Below, one piece after another: positions 30,837 through 40,877 of a stretch of 64,000 nucleotides of DNA; within the stretch, counting starts at the first letter, position 1, and each line of letters begins with the position of its first letter. Made by a program: the position numbers and the translations under genes. The notes beneath the pieces were generated by a model that saw only the letters and a program-made list of their open reading frames with translations, was not told the DNA's origin and searched no databases. This DNA is from Treponema sp. (GTDB lineage Bacteria > Spirochaetota > Spirochaetia > Treponematales > Treponemataceae), in the NCBI GenBank assembly GCA_017521105.1, contig JAFXDY010000175.1, positions 562 through 64,561 of the forward strand. Reading direction: 5' to 3'.

Positions 30837-31199
30837 ATGTTTGATGTAAAAGATACTGATTTTTTTGATTTGGAAGACGAAGCTTTTGATACAATTGTTG
30901 AAAATGATATTACATTTGTTGGAAATATAAAAATTGAAAAAACTTTTATGATTCGTGGCCAAGTTACTGGAAACATTGATTCAATAAGTGATTTGGTTAT
31001 TGATTCAAATGCTGTTGTAAATGCTGATATTACTGCTGATAGAATTTTAATAAAAGGAAAAGTAAAAGGTAATGTTGTTGCAAAAAGTTTAGTTTTTGTT
31101 ACTTCTTCTGGAGTTTTAGACGGTGATATTACAACAAAAAAAGTTGTATTGGAACCTGGTTGTAAATTTTCTGGTAAATGTACAATGATAAACGAATAA
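30837..31199 (+). CDS. Bactofilin (polymer-forming cytoskeletal protein)
   Basis: Beta-helix repeats IxGxVxGNI, GDIT..LEPG..FSGKC. Confidence 0.9.
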   Translation: MFDVKDTDFFDLEDEAFDTIVENDITFVGNIKIEKTFMIRGQVTGNIDSISDLVIDSNAVVNADITADRILIKGKVKGNVVAKSLVFVTSSGVLDGDITTKKVVLEPGCKFSGKCTMINE

Positions 31200-31211
31200 T
31201 TTGGAGTGATT

Positions 31212-31838
31212 ATGAAAAAAAGTTTAATATTTTTATTAATTTTACTTTCATTTACAAATGTATATTCTCAAACTGCAGCAAAACAAGATGCTTTAGTTTT
31301 ATATAACAATGGCAAGTTACGTGAAGCTATAAAAGTTTGTGAAGATGAACTTTTAGAAAATCCTAATAGAGTAGACTCTTATGTAGTAATGTGTTGGGCT
31401 CTTGTTAAAAATAAACAATATGCAGAAGCTGAACAACGTGCGACAGAAGGTTTAGTTGTAAGTCCTTATGATTTACGTCTAATAGAAGTTTTAGGTGAAG
31501 CAAAATATTATCTTGGAAAAAATTCCGGGGCAATGGAGCAATTTCAAAGATATGTAGCAAATGCTTCTGATAATAGTGCTAGAATTGGTACTGCTTATTA
31601 TTTTATGGGAGAAATCTTTATAAAACAGGCAAGATTCCAACATGCAGATATTGCTTTATCTTCTGCAGTAAAAAAAGAACCTCTTATAGATAAATGGTGG
31701 GTTCGTTTAGGATACGCTCGTGAACAAGCTGGTAATTATCTTGAATCTGTTAATGCTTATGATGAAGCGTTAAGATTAAATCCATCTTCTATTGATGCTT
31801 CAAGAGGAAGAGAAAGAGTAAGTGCAAAACTTCAATAA
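31212..31838 (+). CDS. Exported TPR protein
   Basis: Signal peptide and TPR repeats (AYYFMGE, WVRLGYA, ALRLNP). Confidence 0.85.
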   Translation: MKKSLIFLLILLSFTNVYSQTAAKQDALVLYNNGKLREAIKVCEDELLENPNRVDSYVVMCWALVKNKQYAEAEQRATEGLVVSPYDLRLIEVLGEAKYYLGKNSGAMEQFQRYVANASDNSARIGTAYYFMGEIFIKQARFQHADIALSSAVKKEPLIDKWWVRLGYAREQAGNYLESVNAYDEALRLNPSSIDASRGRERVSAKLQ

Positions 31839-33249
31839 TTATATTGTCCGCATAGAAACTTTAGGTTGTAGATTAAATCAAATAGAAAGTGAATCTATAG
31901 CCAAAGTGTTTTCTGAAAATAATTTTTCAATAAATATGAATAGTGTCTCAGCTTCCGAAACTGAAAATGACAATGTTTTATTGGTTATTGTAAATACTTG
32001 TACAGTAACGCAAAAATCTGAGCAAAAAGCCAGAAGAATAATTAGACTATTGTTAAAAAAATGTCCTAATGCACTAATTGTTGTTACTGGATGTTATGCA
32101 CAATTTAATTCTGCAGATATAAATAATATTGATAATAGAATTATTTGTGTTGGTGGTCAAATAAAAAGCCGAATTAAGAAAATTCCAGAACTTTTATGCC
32201 AAAATATTCAAAATAATTGGAATGTAGAAAATTTAAAAAATACAATTTTGAATTCTATATTGACAGTTCCTCAAGAAAAAAAAGATTTTCCAGAAAAGTC
32301 ATTTGAATTATCTACAACTTCATTCATAGCACATTCTAGAGCCAGTTTAAAAATTCAAGATGGATGTAATAATAATTGTTCTTATTGTGCAATTCACATG
32401 GCTAGAGGTCACAGTGTTTCTTTGGATGTAGAAGAAGCAATAAAAAGAGTTGTTGAATTAGAATCAAAAGGTGTTGAAGAAGTTGTTTTAACAACAGTAA
32501 ATATTGCTCAATATAAAAGCACATATAATGGGCAAATTGTTAATTTTTCAAAATTGCTAAAATTGTTGTTGGCTTCAACAAAAAAAATTTCTTTTAGAAT
32601 TTCTAGTTTGTATCCAGAAATTGTAGATGACGATTTTTGTGACGCTATAAAAAGTGATCGTGTTTGTCCTCATTTTCATATTTCAGTTCAAAGTGGAAGT
32701 GATAAAATTTTAAAACTTATGAATAGAACATACAAAAAAGAGGATGTTGTAAACGCTTGTAATAAAATAAAAAGTGTTAAGGAAAATCCATTTTTAGCAT
32801 GTGATATTATTACTGGCTTTCCTGGTGAAACTGAAGATGATTTTTTAGAAACTATGGATTTGTGTAATCAGTGTGGATTTTGTTGGATTCATGCCTTTCC
32901 TTTTTCTGAAAGAAAAGGAACTGTTGCTGTAACATTAAAAAATAAAGTTCCTCAAGAAATATCAAAAATACGTTGTAACAAATTGAATGAATGGGCAATG
33001 AATCAAAAAATAAATTATATAAATGCAAATGTAGGAAAGGAAAGATTTGCAATTTTAGAAGTTTTAAGAAAGCCACAATATGTTTATCACTGTGTAACAG
33101 ATAATTTTTTACATTGTCAAGTGCAATTTCCAAAAGAAAAAGAAGAATTGCCACAAGGAACAAAAGTAAAAATTTCCATAGATTCACCTTTAATTGAAAA
33201 TGTAAAAAAAGGTGGAGAAGTGGAAGCTAATGCTCACATAATTTTTTAA
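31822..33249 (+). CDS. mtaB: tRNA t6A methylthiotransferase (MtaB/MiaB family radical SAM)
   Basis: TLGCRLNQ.ES, VNTCTVT, VTGCYAQ, KIQDGCNNNCSYC, DIITGFPGET, HAFPFS. Confidence 0.88.
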   Translation: MQNFNNYIVRIETLGCRLNQIESESIAKVFSENNFSINMNSVSASETENDNVLLVIVNTCTVTQKSEQKARRIIRLLLKKCPNALIVVTGCYAQFNSADINNIDNRIICVGGQIKSRIKKIPELLCQNIQNNWNVENLKNTILNSILTVPQEKKDFPEKSFELSTTSFIAHSRASLKIQDGCNNNCSYCAIHMARGHSVSLDVEEAIKRVVELESKGVEEVVLTTVNIAQYKSTYNGQIVNFSKLLKLLLASTKKISFRISSLYPEIVDDDFCDAIKSDRVCPHFHISVQSGSDKILKLMNRTYKKEDVVNACNKIKSVKENPFLACDIITGFPGETEDDFLETMDLCNQCGFCWIHAFPFSERKGTVAVTLKNKVPQEISKIRCNKLNEWAMNQKINYINANVGKERFAILEVLRKPQYVYHCVTDNFLHCQVQFPKEKEELPQGTKVKISIDSPLIENVKKGGEVEANAHIIF

Positions 33250-33286
33250 TCCCATAAAAAAAAATCTATAAATAGTAAAATAATTC

Positions 33287-33313
33287 TAAAGTCAAATTTC
33301 TATTCTCCGATAA
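33287..33313 (+). promoter_or_regulatory. Sigma28 promoter of flgN-flgK-flgL-fliW-csrA
   Basis: TAAA-N15-TCCGATAA upstream of a class-3 flagellar operon. Confidence 0.75.
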
Positions 33314-33355
33314 TTTAGTGAAGTTCCATAACTTAAATAAGAGGAGAATAATATC

Positions 33356-33787
33356 ATGGATAAATCTTACATTGAAAAATTTGAAAAAGTATTGATTGAA
33401 GAAGATAGTGTTTTAGATACAATTTTAATCAAACAAAAAGAATTGCACGATTCAATTTCAAATAAAAATTGGACAGATTTGATGTCGTTGATTTCGGATA
33501 TTAATCTTCTTTCTGATAATTTCCAAAAATTGGAACAACTTAGAGAAACTATGCAATCAGAAATTCCAGCAGAAGAACTTCATGTTTATTTTGATAAACT
33601 TGGCTCAATGCGTTCAAAATTAACAAAATCGAAAGTAGAAAATCAAGCATTATCAAAATATCTAAGTATTACAAGAGGATTTGTTCAAGGTGTAATTGAT
33701 ACTGTAATACCTCAAAATAAAGTTTATACAAAAAAAGGAGTTGTTCAATCACAACCTCAAAGTGTTGTGTTGAATGAATTATTTTAA
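33356..33787 (+). CDS. flgN: Putative FlgN-like flagellar export chaperone
   Basis: Helical 143 aa protein directly upstream of flgK; N..L and YTKKG C-terminal pattern. Confidence 0.65.
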   Translation: MDKSYIEKFEKVLIEEDSVLDTILIKQKELHDSISNKNWTDLMSLISDINLLSDNFQKLEQLRETMQSEIPAEELHVYFDKLGSMRSKLTKSKVENQALSKYLSITRGFVQGVIDTVIPQNKVYTKKGVVQSQPQSVVLNELF

Positions 33788-33830
33788 TTAAAACACCGGC
33801 CGCCAGCGGCCTTACACAGGAGATAAAAAA

Positions 33831-35705
33831 ATGGGATCGACATTTTCAGGAATAGAACTTGGTAAACGTAGTATAATGGCAAATACAGATGCCATTCAAA
33901 CAGCAGGTCATAACATTTCCAATGCAAGTACAGAAGGATATTCTCGTCAGAGAGTTCAAATAAAAGAATTTGATCCTTTATATAAACCAGATTTATCTCG
34001 TCCTGAACGCCCTGGAATGATTGGACAAGGTGTTGATGTTCAAAGTGTTACTCGTGTTAGAGATGAACTTTTGGACCAAAGAATTGTTGCTCAAGCAAAT
34101 CAAGAATCATATTGGCAAACTCGCAGCGATTATTACATGATGCTTGAACAAATCTACAACGAACCAGCAGATATTTCTATTCGTACAAATATGGATAAAT
34201 TCTGGGAAGGTTGGCAAGAATTGTCAGTAAATCCAGAAAGTCAAGCTGCAAGACAAGCTGTAGTTACAAGAGGAAAAACTTTAACAGAATCAATTAACCA
34301 ACGATGGGAAAGTTTAGAAGGAATTGGAAATCTTTTAAATGGTGATATTGAAGCAACTGTAAAACAAGTTAATGATTTAACAAGACAAATTGCAAACTTA
34401 AACGGAGAAATTGTTCGTTCAAGAGCAATGGGGGATAATCCAAATGATTTACTTGACCGTAGAGATTTGCTTGTAGATAAGCTTTCTGAACTTGTAAATG
34501 TTACTACAGACCAACGTGATAGCGATGAATTTATGGTTCACGTGGATGGAAAAGTAATTGTTCAAGGTAATATTGCAAGAAAAATTGATTTGGCTCCTCG
34601 TTTTGATGACACAGGTTATAGCAAAGTTGTTTGGGCAGATACACAAGAAGATGCATATTTTTCTGGTGGAAAACTTGGTGCTTTAATTGAATTAAGAGAT
34701 GTAGATGTTCGTCAAGAAATTCAATCATTAAACACAATGGCAATGAACTTTAGCGATTTAGTAAACGATGTTCATAAAAATGCTGTTGGTGCAAACAAAG
34801 TAACAGGTTTAGATTTCTTTGTTCAACATCCATTTGTAGAAAATGCAAACGGTAATTTTGACAGAAACGGTGATGGAGAATTAGATACATCTTACATTTT
34901 TAGATTTACTGGTACAAATCAATTAAATAATGAACAACAAATTGGTTTTGACGGCGTTATGCGTCTTTCTTCTACAGACGGAATTGTTGAAATTCCATAT
35001 TATCACACAGATACTGTAGAAACAGTAATTAATAGAATTAATGATAGCAATAGCGAAGTAAAAGCTTATTTAGACAGAAATAATCATTTAGTATTAAAAG
35101 GAACAACAGCACAAGATGCAGATAATCCAGATTTTGTAATTCGTCATGTTGAAGATTCTGGATATTTCTTAAACGGATATTCAGGAATTCTTGCTGCAAA
35201 TGGAGAAGAAGGCGCATACGATTTTGCACAAGTTGATGCTGTAAACGCTTTGGCAGATAACAGTCAATTCTCTGTTTCGCCAGTTACAAATCCAGCAGCT
35301 TATATTCGTGTAAATGAAGTGATTGAAAATGATGTAATGAATGTTGCAGCAGGTTATATTGACCATTCTGGAAATGCAAATACAGGCGATGGCCGTGCAG
35401 CAGTAGAAATTGCTTCAATTCGTAATTCAAGCGTTATGATTGGAACAATGCGTACATTAGATGATTACTTTGCAGATTCAGTTACAAACGTGGCATTAAA
35501 AGGTGAACAAGCTCAAAATAATCTTTTGAGTCAAGCTTCTATTATGGAAGATTTAAGATCTATGAGAGATTCAATTAGTGGTGTAAACATTGATGAAGAA
35601 CTTGCAGAAATTATGAAATTCCAACACGGATACAATGCAGCTGCAAAATTTGTAAATGTTTGGGACAGTTTGCTCGATACTATAATTAATAGACTTGGTG
35701 TTTAA
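33831..35705 (+). CDS. flgK: Flagellar hook-associated protein 1
   Basis: GHNISNASTEGYSRQR, PNDLLDRRD, SGVNIDEE..FQHGYNAAAK. Confidence 0.97.
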   Translation: MGSTFSGIELGKRSIMANTDAIQTAGHNISNASTEGYSRQRVQIKEFDPLYKPDLSRPERPGMIGQGVDVQSVTRVRDELLDQRIVAQANQESYWQTRSDYYMMLEQIYNEPADISIRTNMDKFWEGWQELSVNPESQAARQAVVTRGKTLTESINQRWESLEGIGNLLNGDIEATVKQVNDLTRQIANLNGEIVRSRAMGDNPNDLLDRRDLLVDKLSELVNVTTDQRDSDEFMVHVDGKVIVQGNIARKIDLAPRFDDTGYSKVVWADTQEDAYFSGGKLGALIELRDVDVRQEIQSLNTMAMNFSDLVNDVHKNAVGANKVTGLDFFVQHPFVENANGNFDRNGDGELDTSYIFRFTGTNQLNNEQQIGFDGVMRLSSTDGIVEIPYYHTDTVETVINRINDSNSEVKAYLDRNNHLVLKGTTAQDADNPDFVIRHVEDSGYFLNGYSGILAANGEEGAYDFAQVDAVNALADNSQFSVSPVTNPAAYIRVNEVIENDVMNVAAGYIDHSGNANTGDGRAAVEIASIRNSSVMIGTMRTLDDYFADSVTNVALKGEQAQNNLLSQASIMEDLRSMRDSISGVNIDEELAEIMKFQHGYNAAAKFVNVWDSLLDTIINRLGV

Positions 35706-35744
35706 TTAGTTAATAAATTGATAAAAGATAAATGAGGATAAATT

Positions 35745-36989
35745 ATGAGAAGAATTAGTAGTCAAATGCATAATATGGATACTCAAAGCAATTTAAGATT
35801 GCAAGAATTCAGATTAAACAAAGCAAATAATCAAATTGGAAGTCAACAACGTATTCAGCAACTTCGTGACGACCCAATTGCTGCTGGTCATTTAGTTCGA
35901 TATCAATCATATTTATCTCGTGTTAATCAATTTGAAAAAAATGCCCTAACTTTAAGCGACCAATTTTCTTTAAGAGAAGGGTACATGGACGATTCTTTGC
36001 AAATTATGCAGAGAGTTCGCGAACTTGCTGTAACTGGAGCAAATGGAATTTACGGAAAAGATGACTTAAAAAATATGGCTACAGAAGTTGATGAACTTTT
36101 AAAAGCTTTAGTTCAAAATGCAAATGCTGTTAGTGCAGACGGAAATTCTATTTTTGCTGGAACAAATACAAAGGCTACAGCTTTTGAAATTGAAATGGGC
36201 AATGTAGAAGGTTCTGGAGTTCCTTTAATTCAAAACGTAAAATACAACGGAAACATTACAGTAAATCAAGTTGAAGTTGATGAAAATAAATATTTAATTA
36301 ATGATAACGCAGGAAACAGAACTTTCTGGGCAGAAAACCAACAGATTTTTGGAGCAAGAGATGCTTCTGCTTGGCAAGCAAGTTCTGATGGTGTTATTTC
36401 TGTTGATGGTGTTGAAATTAAAATTTCACAAGGGGACAACATTTATTCCTTAGTTTCAAAAATTAATGACAGTAGTGCTGCTGTAAAAGCAAGTGTTGAC
36501 CCAATTAGAAAAAGTTTGAATCTTGCTACAACAGATGCTCGCCAACTTTGGATTCAAGACGTAAATGGAAATGTATTAAATGAACTTGGTATGGTAAAAG
36601 ATGCAAGCCAAAAACCTCCATATAACTTGGGAACTGGTGTTAGAGTAGCTGGCGGATCATTATTTGATACTGTAATTGCCTTTAGAAACGCTTTACTTTC
36701 TGGAGATCAAGAATCAATTGGTGGACGTGTTTTAGGAAGCCTTGATATGGGAATAAATAATCTTGTAACTCGTCTTGCAAAATCTGGAAGTGAATATGAA
36801 CGGGCACAATTAAACGCAACAAGAAGTTCAAAACTTGCCTTAGATGTAACTCAAATGGTAAGTAGAGAAGGGGATTTAGATTTTACACAAGCAGTTACAG
36901 ATATGAAAATGTTAGATTATGCAAACCAAGCAACTCTAAGCCAAGCCGGAAAAATGTATAATTCAACATTATTAAATTATATGCGATAA
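35745..36989 (+). CDS. flgL: Flagellar hook-associated protein 3
   Basis: MRRIS, RDDPIAA, ANG..IFAG, STLLNYMR; follows flgK. Confidence 0.95.
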   Translation: MRRISSQMHNMDTQSNLRLQEFRLNKANNQIGSQQRIQQLRDDPIAAGHLVRYQSYLSRVNQFEKNALTLSDQFSLREGYMDDSLQIMQRVRELAVTGANGIYGKDDLKNMATEVDELLKALVQNANAVSADGNSIFAGTNTKATAFEIEMGNVEGSGVPLIQNVKYNGNITVNQVEVDENKYLINDNAGNRTFWAENQQIFGARDASAWQASSDGVISVDGVEIKISQGDNIYSLVSKINDSSAAVKASVDPIRKSLNLATTDARQLWIQDVNGNVLNELGMVKDASQKPPYNLGTGVRVAGGSLFDTVIAFRNALLSGDQESIGGRVLGSLDMGINNLVTRLAKSGSEYERAQLNATRSSKLALDVTQMVSREGDLDFTQAVTDMKMLDYANQATLSQAGKMYNSTLLNYMR

Positions 36990-37012
36990 GATAAAAGGTG
37001 ATTGAGGATAAA

Positions 37013-37456
37013 ATGGAAATTATTACAAAAGATAATAAAAAAATTGATGTTCCAGAAGAAAGAATTTTAACTGTTCCAGAAGGTTTGTTAGGATTTGAAG
37101 AATATACAAAATATGCATTGTATGAATCTGAATTTGAACCTTTTTTGTGGCTTCAATCAATTGAAAATCAAAAACTTGCATTTTTAATAATTGATCCATT
37201 TTTAATTTGTTCAGATTATGAAACTGATATTGATGATGAAACTTTGGCTAAAATTGAAATTTCTAAGCCAGAAGAAATTATCATTATGACAATTGTTACA
37301 ATTCCAATTGACGGTTCTCCAATTACAGCCAACTTTCAAGGGCCTTTGGTAATCAACAAAAATAATAAAAAATGTATTCAAGCCATTTTAACAGATAATC
37401 GTTGGAGTACAAAAGTTAGAATTGTAGATGTTTTGAATCAAAAAGGAGGGCAATAA
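37013..37456 (+). CDS. fliW: Flagellar assembly factor FliW
   Basis: [35 protein letters not shown]; ATG after GAGG. Confidence 0.95.
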   Translation: MEIITKDNKKIDVPEERILTVPEGLLGFEEYTKYALYESEFEPFLWLQSIENQKLAFLIIDPFLICSDYETDIDDETLAKIEISKPEEIIIMTIVTIPIDGSPITANFQGPLVINKNNKKCIQAILTDNRWSTKVRIVDVLNQKGGQ

Positions 37457-37701
37457 TGCTTATCCTTTCTAGAAAACTAGATGAAAAAATCCAAATTGGA
37501 GACGACATCACAATTACCATCATTGATATTCACGGTGAACAAGTGAAAATTGGTGTTGAAGCTCCAAAAAGCATAAAAGTTTTTAGACAAGAAGTTTTTG
37601 AAGCAATTCAAAAAGAAAATAAAGCGGCAGCTGTTGAACAAAGCAATAACCAAGTTGGAATTAACGCAGTTAGTGCTTTATCAAAATTAATTAAAAAGTA
37701 G
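37456..37701 (+). CDS. csrA: Carbon storage regulator CsrA
   Basis: [26 protein letters not shown]. Confidence 0.96.
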   Translation: MLILSRKLDEKIQIGDDITITIIDIHGEQVKIGVEAPKSIKVFRQEVFEAIQKENKAAAVEQSNNQVGINAVSALSKLIKK

Positions 37702-37717
37702 GGGAGAAATTAATATT

Positions 37718-38392
37718 TTAATTATTTAATTTGATTTCAGCTTCGCTAGCACGCAAATAAACTGGTCCGTCATAATCTTTCATTGGCGGATCATTTTTTT
37801 TGATTTTTTCTTCAGAAATATAAAATAAACTTTCTACAGAAATTGGCTGGTAATTTTGACAAAATATTTTGATTTTATTATTTTCCTTAGTAATAATATC
37901 TTTTAATTTTTTAGAATCTGGTCCTACAATTAACAATTTATCTAAAGAACTAACGGATTGTATAATTTTTTCTACAGGATGATCGCCTTCTTCTAGTAAA
38001 ACTTCATTGTTATTTGTAATTGTTGCATAAAAACAATCTTTGTGAGCGTCTATTGCAGAAATAATTGGCAAATCAAAAACATTTTCTAAAGAATATCTGT
38101 AAGATTCTAAAGTCGAAATTCCATAAACTGGCACATTATAAGCCAATTGAATAGCTTTTAATGCAGAAATTCCAAGTCTTAATCCTGTAAAACTGCCAGG
38201 ACCAATTGTTATTGCTGTGTAATTTAGTTGATCTGTAGTTAAATCAACAGTTTTTAAAACATAATCAATTGCAGAAACTAAAATTTCAGATTGTTTCATT
38301 CCAATGTCATAAGAAGTTACGCAAACTTTGTCTTCATTTTTCGCTGCAATAGATAATTTAGAAATTGCACAATCAATAACTAATGCTTTCAA
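37718..38392 (-). CDS. tsaB: tRNA t6A biosynthesis protein TsaB
   Basis: GPGSFTGLRLG, IDA, PVYLR. Confidence 0.93.
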   Translation of the reverse strand: MKALVIDCAISKLSIAAKNEDKVCVTSYDIGMKQSEILVSAIDYVLKTVDLTTDQLNYTAITIGPGSFTGLRLGISALKAIQLAYNVPVYGISTLESYRYSLENVFDLPIISAIDAHKDCFYATITNNNEVLLEEGDHPVEKIIQSVSSLDKLLIVGPDSKKLKDIITKENNKIKIFCQNYQPISVESLFYISEEKIKKNDPPMKDYDGPVYLRASEAEIKLNN

Positions 38393-38403
38393 TTTATTTT
38401 TCC

Positions 38404-38850
38404 TTATTTATTTTCCCATTCTATAGGGTCATTATTCCAATTAGAAATTTGAATTTTTCTTGAACCGTCGTCTTGTGGCTGAATGTTTATAATGATTGTT
38501 TCTTTTGGAAGTGAATCCATAATTTTTTCACTCCATTCAATAATACAAACTCCATCACCATAAAGCATGTCTTCAGTTCCAAGGTTTTCAAAATCTTCTG
38601 AACCTTCAAGTCTGTAAACATCCATGTGGTATAAAGGCATTTTTCCGTAATATTCGCTAATTAAACAAAAAGTAGGACTTGTAATTGTATCTGTAATTTC
38701 TAAAGCTTTTGCAATGCCTTTTGTTATTGTAGTTTTTCCAGCAGCTAAAGTGCCCTGCATTGCAATAATATTGCCTTTTTTAAGCTTTTGACCAATTTTA
38801 AAACCTAATTCAATTGTTTCTTCACTTGTTTTTGTTGTAAATTCTAACAA
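38404..38850 (-). CDS. tsaE: tRNA t6A biosynthesis ATPase TsaE
   Basis: GTLAAGKTT, SPTF, HMDVYRL, IIEW. Confidence 0.95.
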   Translation of the reverse strand: MLEFTTKTSEETIELGFKIGQKLKKGNIIAMQGTLAAGKTTITKGIAKALEITDTITSPTFCLISEYYGKMPLYHMDVYRLEGSEDFENLGTEDMLYGDGVCIIEWSEKIMDSLPKETIIINIQPQDDGSRKIQISNWNNDPIEWENK

Positions 38851-39107
38851 GGTAATCTGCCTTCTTGTTCTTCAACAAGTAAAAATTCAAGAATTGCACG
38901 TCTTACAGACAAAAGAGGATAATTTACTTCAGACAAAAGAATTAATTCAACGTTTTTTGTTCCAAGGGGACTTGTTTCAATATTAAATTTGATATCAAGA
39001 AGTTCAATTCCTGTTGGAAACTCAATTGCGATTACACATGTATATTTTCTAAGATAGAAGATTTGACCTTCCTCACGTTGCAAATTCCTTAATTCTAAAA
39101 CCTTCAT
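38844..39107 (-). CDS. Small hypothetical protein
   Basis: 87 aa ORF whose stop overlaps the tsaE start. Confidence 0.7.
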   Translation of the reverse strand: MKVLELRNLQREEGQIFYLRKYTCVIAIEFPTGIELLDIKFNIETSPLGTKNVELILLSEVNYPLLSVRRAILEFLLVEEQEGRLPC

Positions 39108-39151
39108 ATTTATAATTGAAATCCTAAAATTATGTTATTATTAGTATATAA

Positions 39152-40225
39152 TTATAAAGCAAATTTGTAAACAAATGCAAGAATTTTATTTTGTTCCTTA
39201 AGAGAATATTTTAAGAATTGAATATGAATTGCAAAATTTCCATCTGGTAAACGTCTTGTTTTTTTTATTATTCCAAACAAAGGTTTTTCAAATTCAAAAA
39301 AAGGAATTCTGACACCAATGTTTTGCTTTTCTTTTATAGGAAGATTTGTTTTTATACAACAACCACCTCCAGAAATATTCATCATTTTACCAACGTAATA
39401 TTTTGAAGTTGTTATTATTGGTTTATCATCTGTTTTAGTAATTTTTATTGGTGTAAAAAGTGCATCACAATCAATTGTTTCTCGTTTGTAATGTCTTTGT
39501 AATTCAACATTAAGATTTTCTGTGTGAGCAATAATCATGTAATATTTATTTTCTGCATCTGAGTTATATCTAATTACTCTAGAAGAAAATGAATAAGATA
39601 ATCCGTTGTGAGGTTTAAAAATGAAATTTGCCTTTTCCAAATTACGTGGCTTATCTTTTTTTGAATAAAAAAATTCTGGAATTTCAACAGAAAAAAAATC
39701 AGAATTATTTACCGCACAATAAAAAGGTAATTTTTCCCCTTCTTTTGTAATATAAAAAACAACTGCAGAAACAGGAATTTGTTTTGTGGAAAGAATTTTT
39801 TTATATTCAGCAATATGATTTTCAAGTTTGTAGGACAATTTAAACATATTATTGATTTTTTTATCAGAATCGTCTAAGAGAATTAAAGAATTGTAACATT
39901 CTCTAAAAAAATCGTGAATTGAATTAATGTCTTTTAAAATATAATAAATGTTATTTGAGTCAATTAGTTTTGATAAATAAAATAAAAACTCTGTATCTTC
40001 TTTTGTAATATTAAAAAACTTTTGTAGCTTTAATAAATCTTTTTTGTTTGTAGGTCTGTTTTTTTGTTTATTAATGTATTTTTCAGATTTTGTGTATTGT
40101 TGATAAATCTTATAAATAATTCCTGCTAGAACAATAATTCCAAAAATTACAGCAATAATTAAAATTGCTGTAAAAAATGGGAAGTTTGCTCTGGCTTGTA
40201 AAGGTGTTGAGCCAAATTTATTCAT
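39152..40225 (-). CDS. Membrane-anchored PilZ-domain (c-di-GMP-binding) protein
   Basis: N-terminal TM; QRHYKR (RxxxR) and NISGGG (D/NxSxxG). Confidence 0.85.
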   Translation of the reverse strand: MNKFGSTPLQARANFPFFTAILIIAVIFGIIVLAGIIYKIYQQYTKSEKYINKQKNRPTNKKDLLKLQKFFNITKEDTEFLFYLSKLIDSNNIYYILKDINSIHDFFRECYNSLILLDDSDKKINNMFKLSYKLENHIAEYKKILSTKQIPVSAVVFYITKEGEKLPFYCAVNNSDFFSVEIPEFFYSKKDKPRNLEKANFIFKPHNGLSYSFSSRVIRYNSDAENKYYMIIAHTENLNVELQRHYKRETIDCDALFTPIKITKTDDKPIITTSKYYVGKMMNISGGGCCIKTNLPIKEKQNIGVRIPFFEFEKPLFGIIKKTRRLPDGNFAIHIQFLKYSLKEQNKILAFVYKFAL

Positions 40226-40262
40226 AATTACTCTCCATTTTTTAATTATTCATACTATTAAT

Positions 40263-40868
40263 TTACATATTTTTTAATGAATCGGAAATAGATTTTAATC
40301 TAGGACAAATTTCATATTCCGATAAGTCTCCAATCATAACTGTGTCGTTGTTTTGTAAGGCTTGTTCATAATCTAACAAAATTGGAGAAAATTCCTTAAA
40401 GAAATCATTAAAATTCATTCCGTCTATTGTTGTTTGAGTAAAATCTTCTGGAAACAATGAAGCAAGAGCAGCTAAGTGGCAAAATTGGTTAATACTGTCT
40501 GCCAAAACAGCAATGGACTCTGCAGCTAATTTGTTTTCTCCTTTTTGCAATATTACAGGAATTTTTTCCATTTGATCAGAAAGATCTTTAAATAAAGTTG
40601 ATAATTTTTCAAAAGAATCCTTTATTGTTTGAACATTAATTATGGAAAATTCTAATTTTGTATCTGGTTTTAATTCTTTTTTAGATTCTTCATCAAAAAT
40701 ATCTGCAGTAATTGTTTTACCATCAACTATAATTCCAATTACGGCAGCATTATTTTGTTCACATGTAATTTCAAAAGATTTTAAAACATCACCAACTGTC
40801 TTTTCATCTTCTAATTGAACGTCAATTTTATCACCATTAACATAAAAATCCATAATATATTTCTCCAA
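40263..40868 (-). CDS. Hypothetical protein in the fliD operon
   Basis: 201 aa ORF with GGAG SD; C-terminal D.VMIGDLSEYEI.P helix. Confidence 0.75.
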   Translation of the reverse strand: MEKYIMDFYVNGDKIDVQLEDEKTVGDVLKSFEITCEQNNAAVIGIIVDGKTITADIFDEESKKELKPDTKLEFSIINVQTIKDSFEKLSTLFKDLSDQMEKIPVILQKGENKLAAESIAVLADSINQFCHLAALASLFPEDFTQTTIDGMNFNDFFKEFSPILLDYEQALQNNDTVMIGDLSEYEICPRLKSISDSLKNM

Positions 40869-40877
40869 AATTATTTA

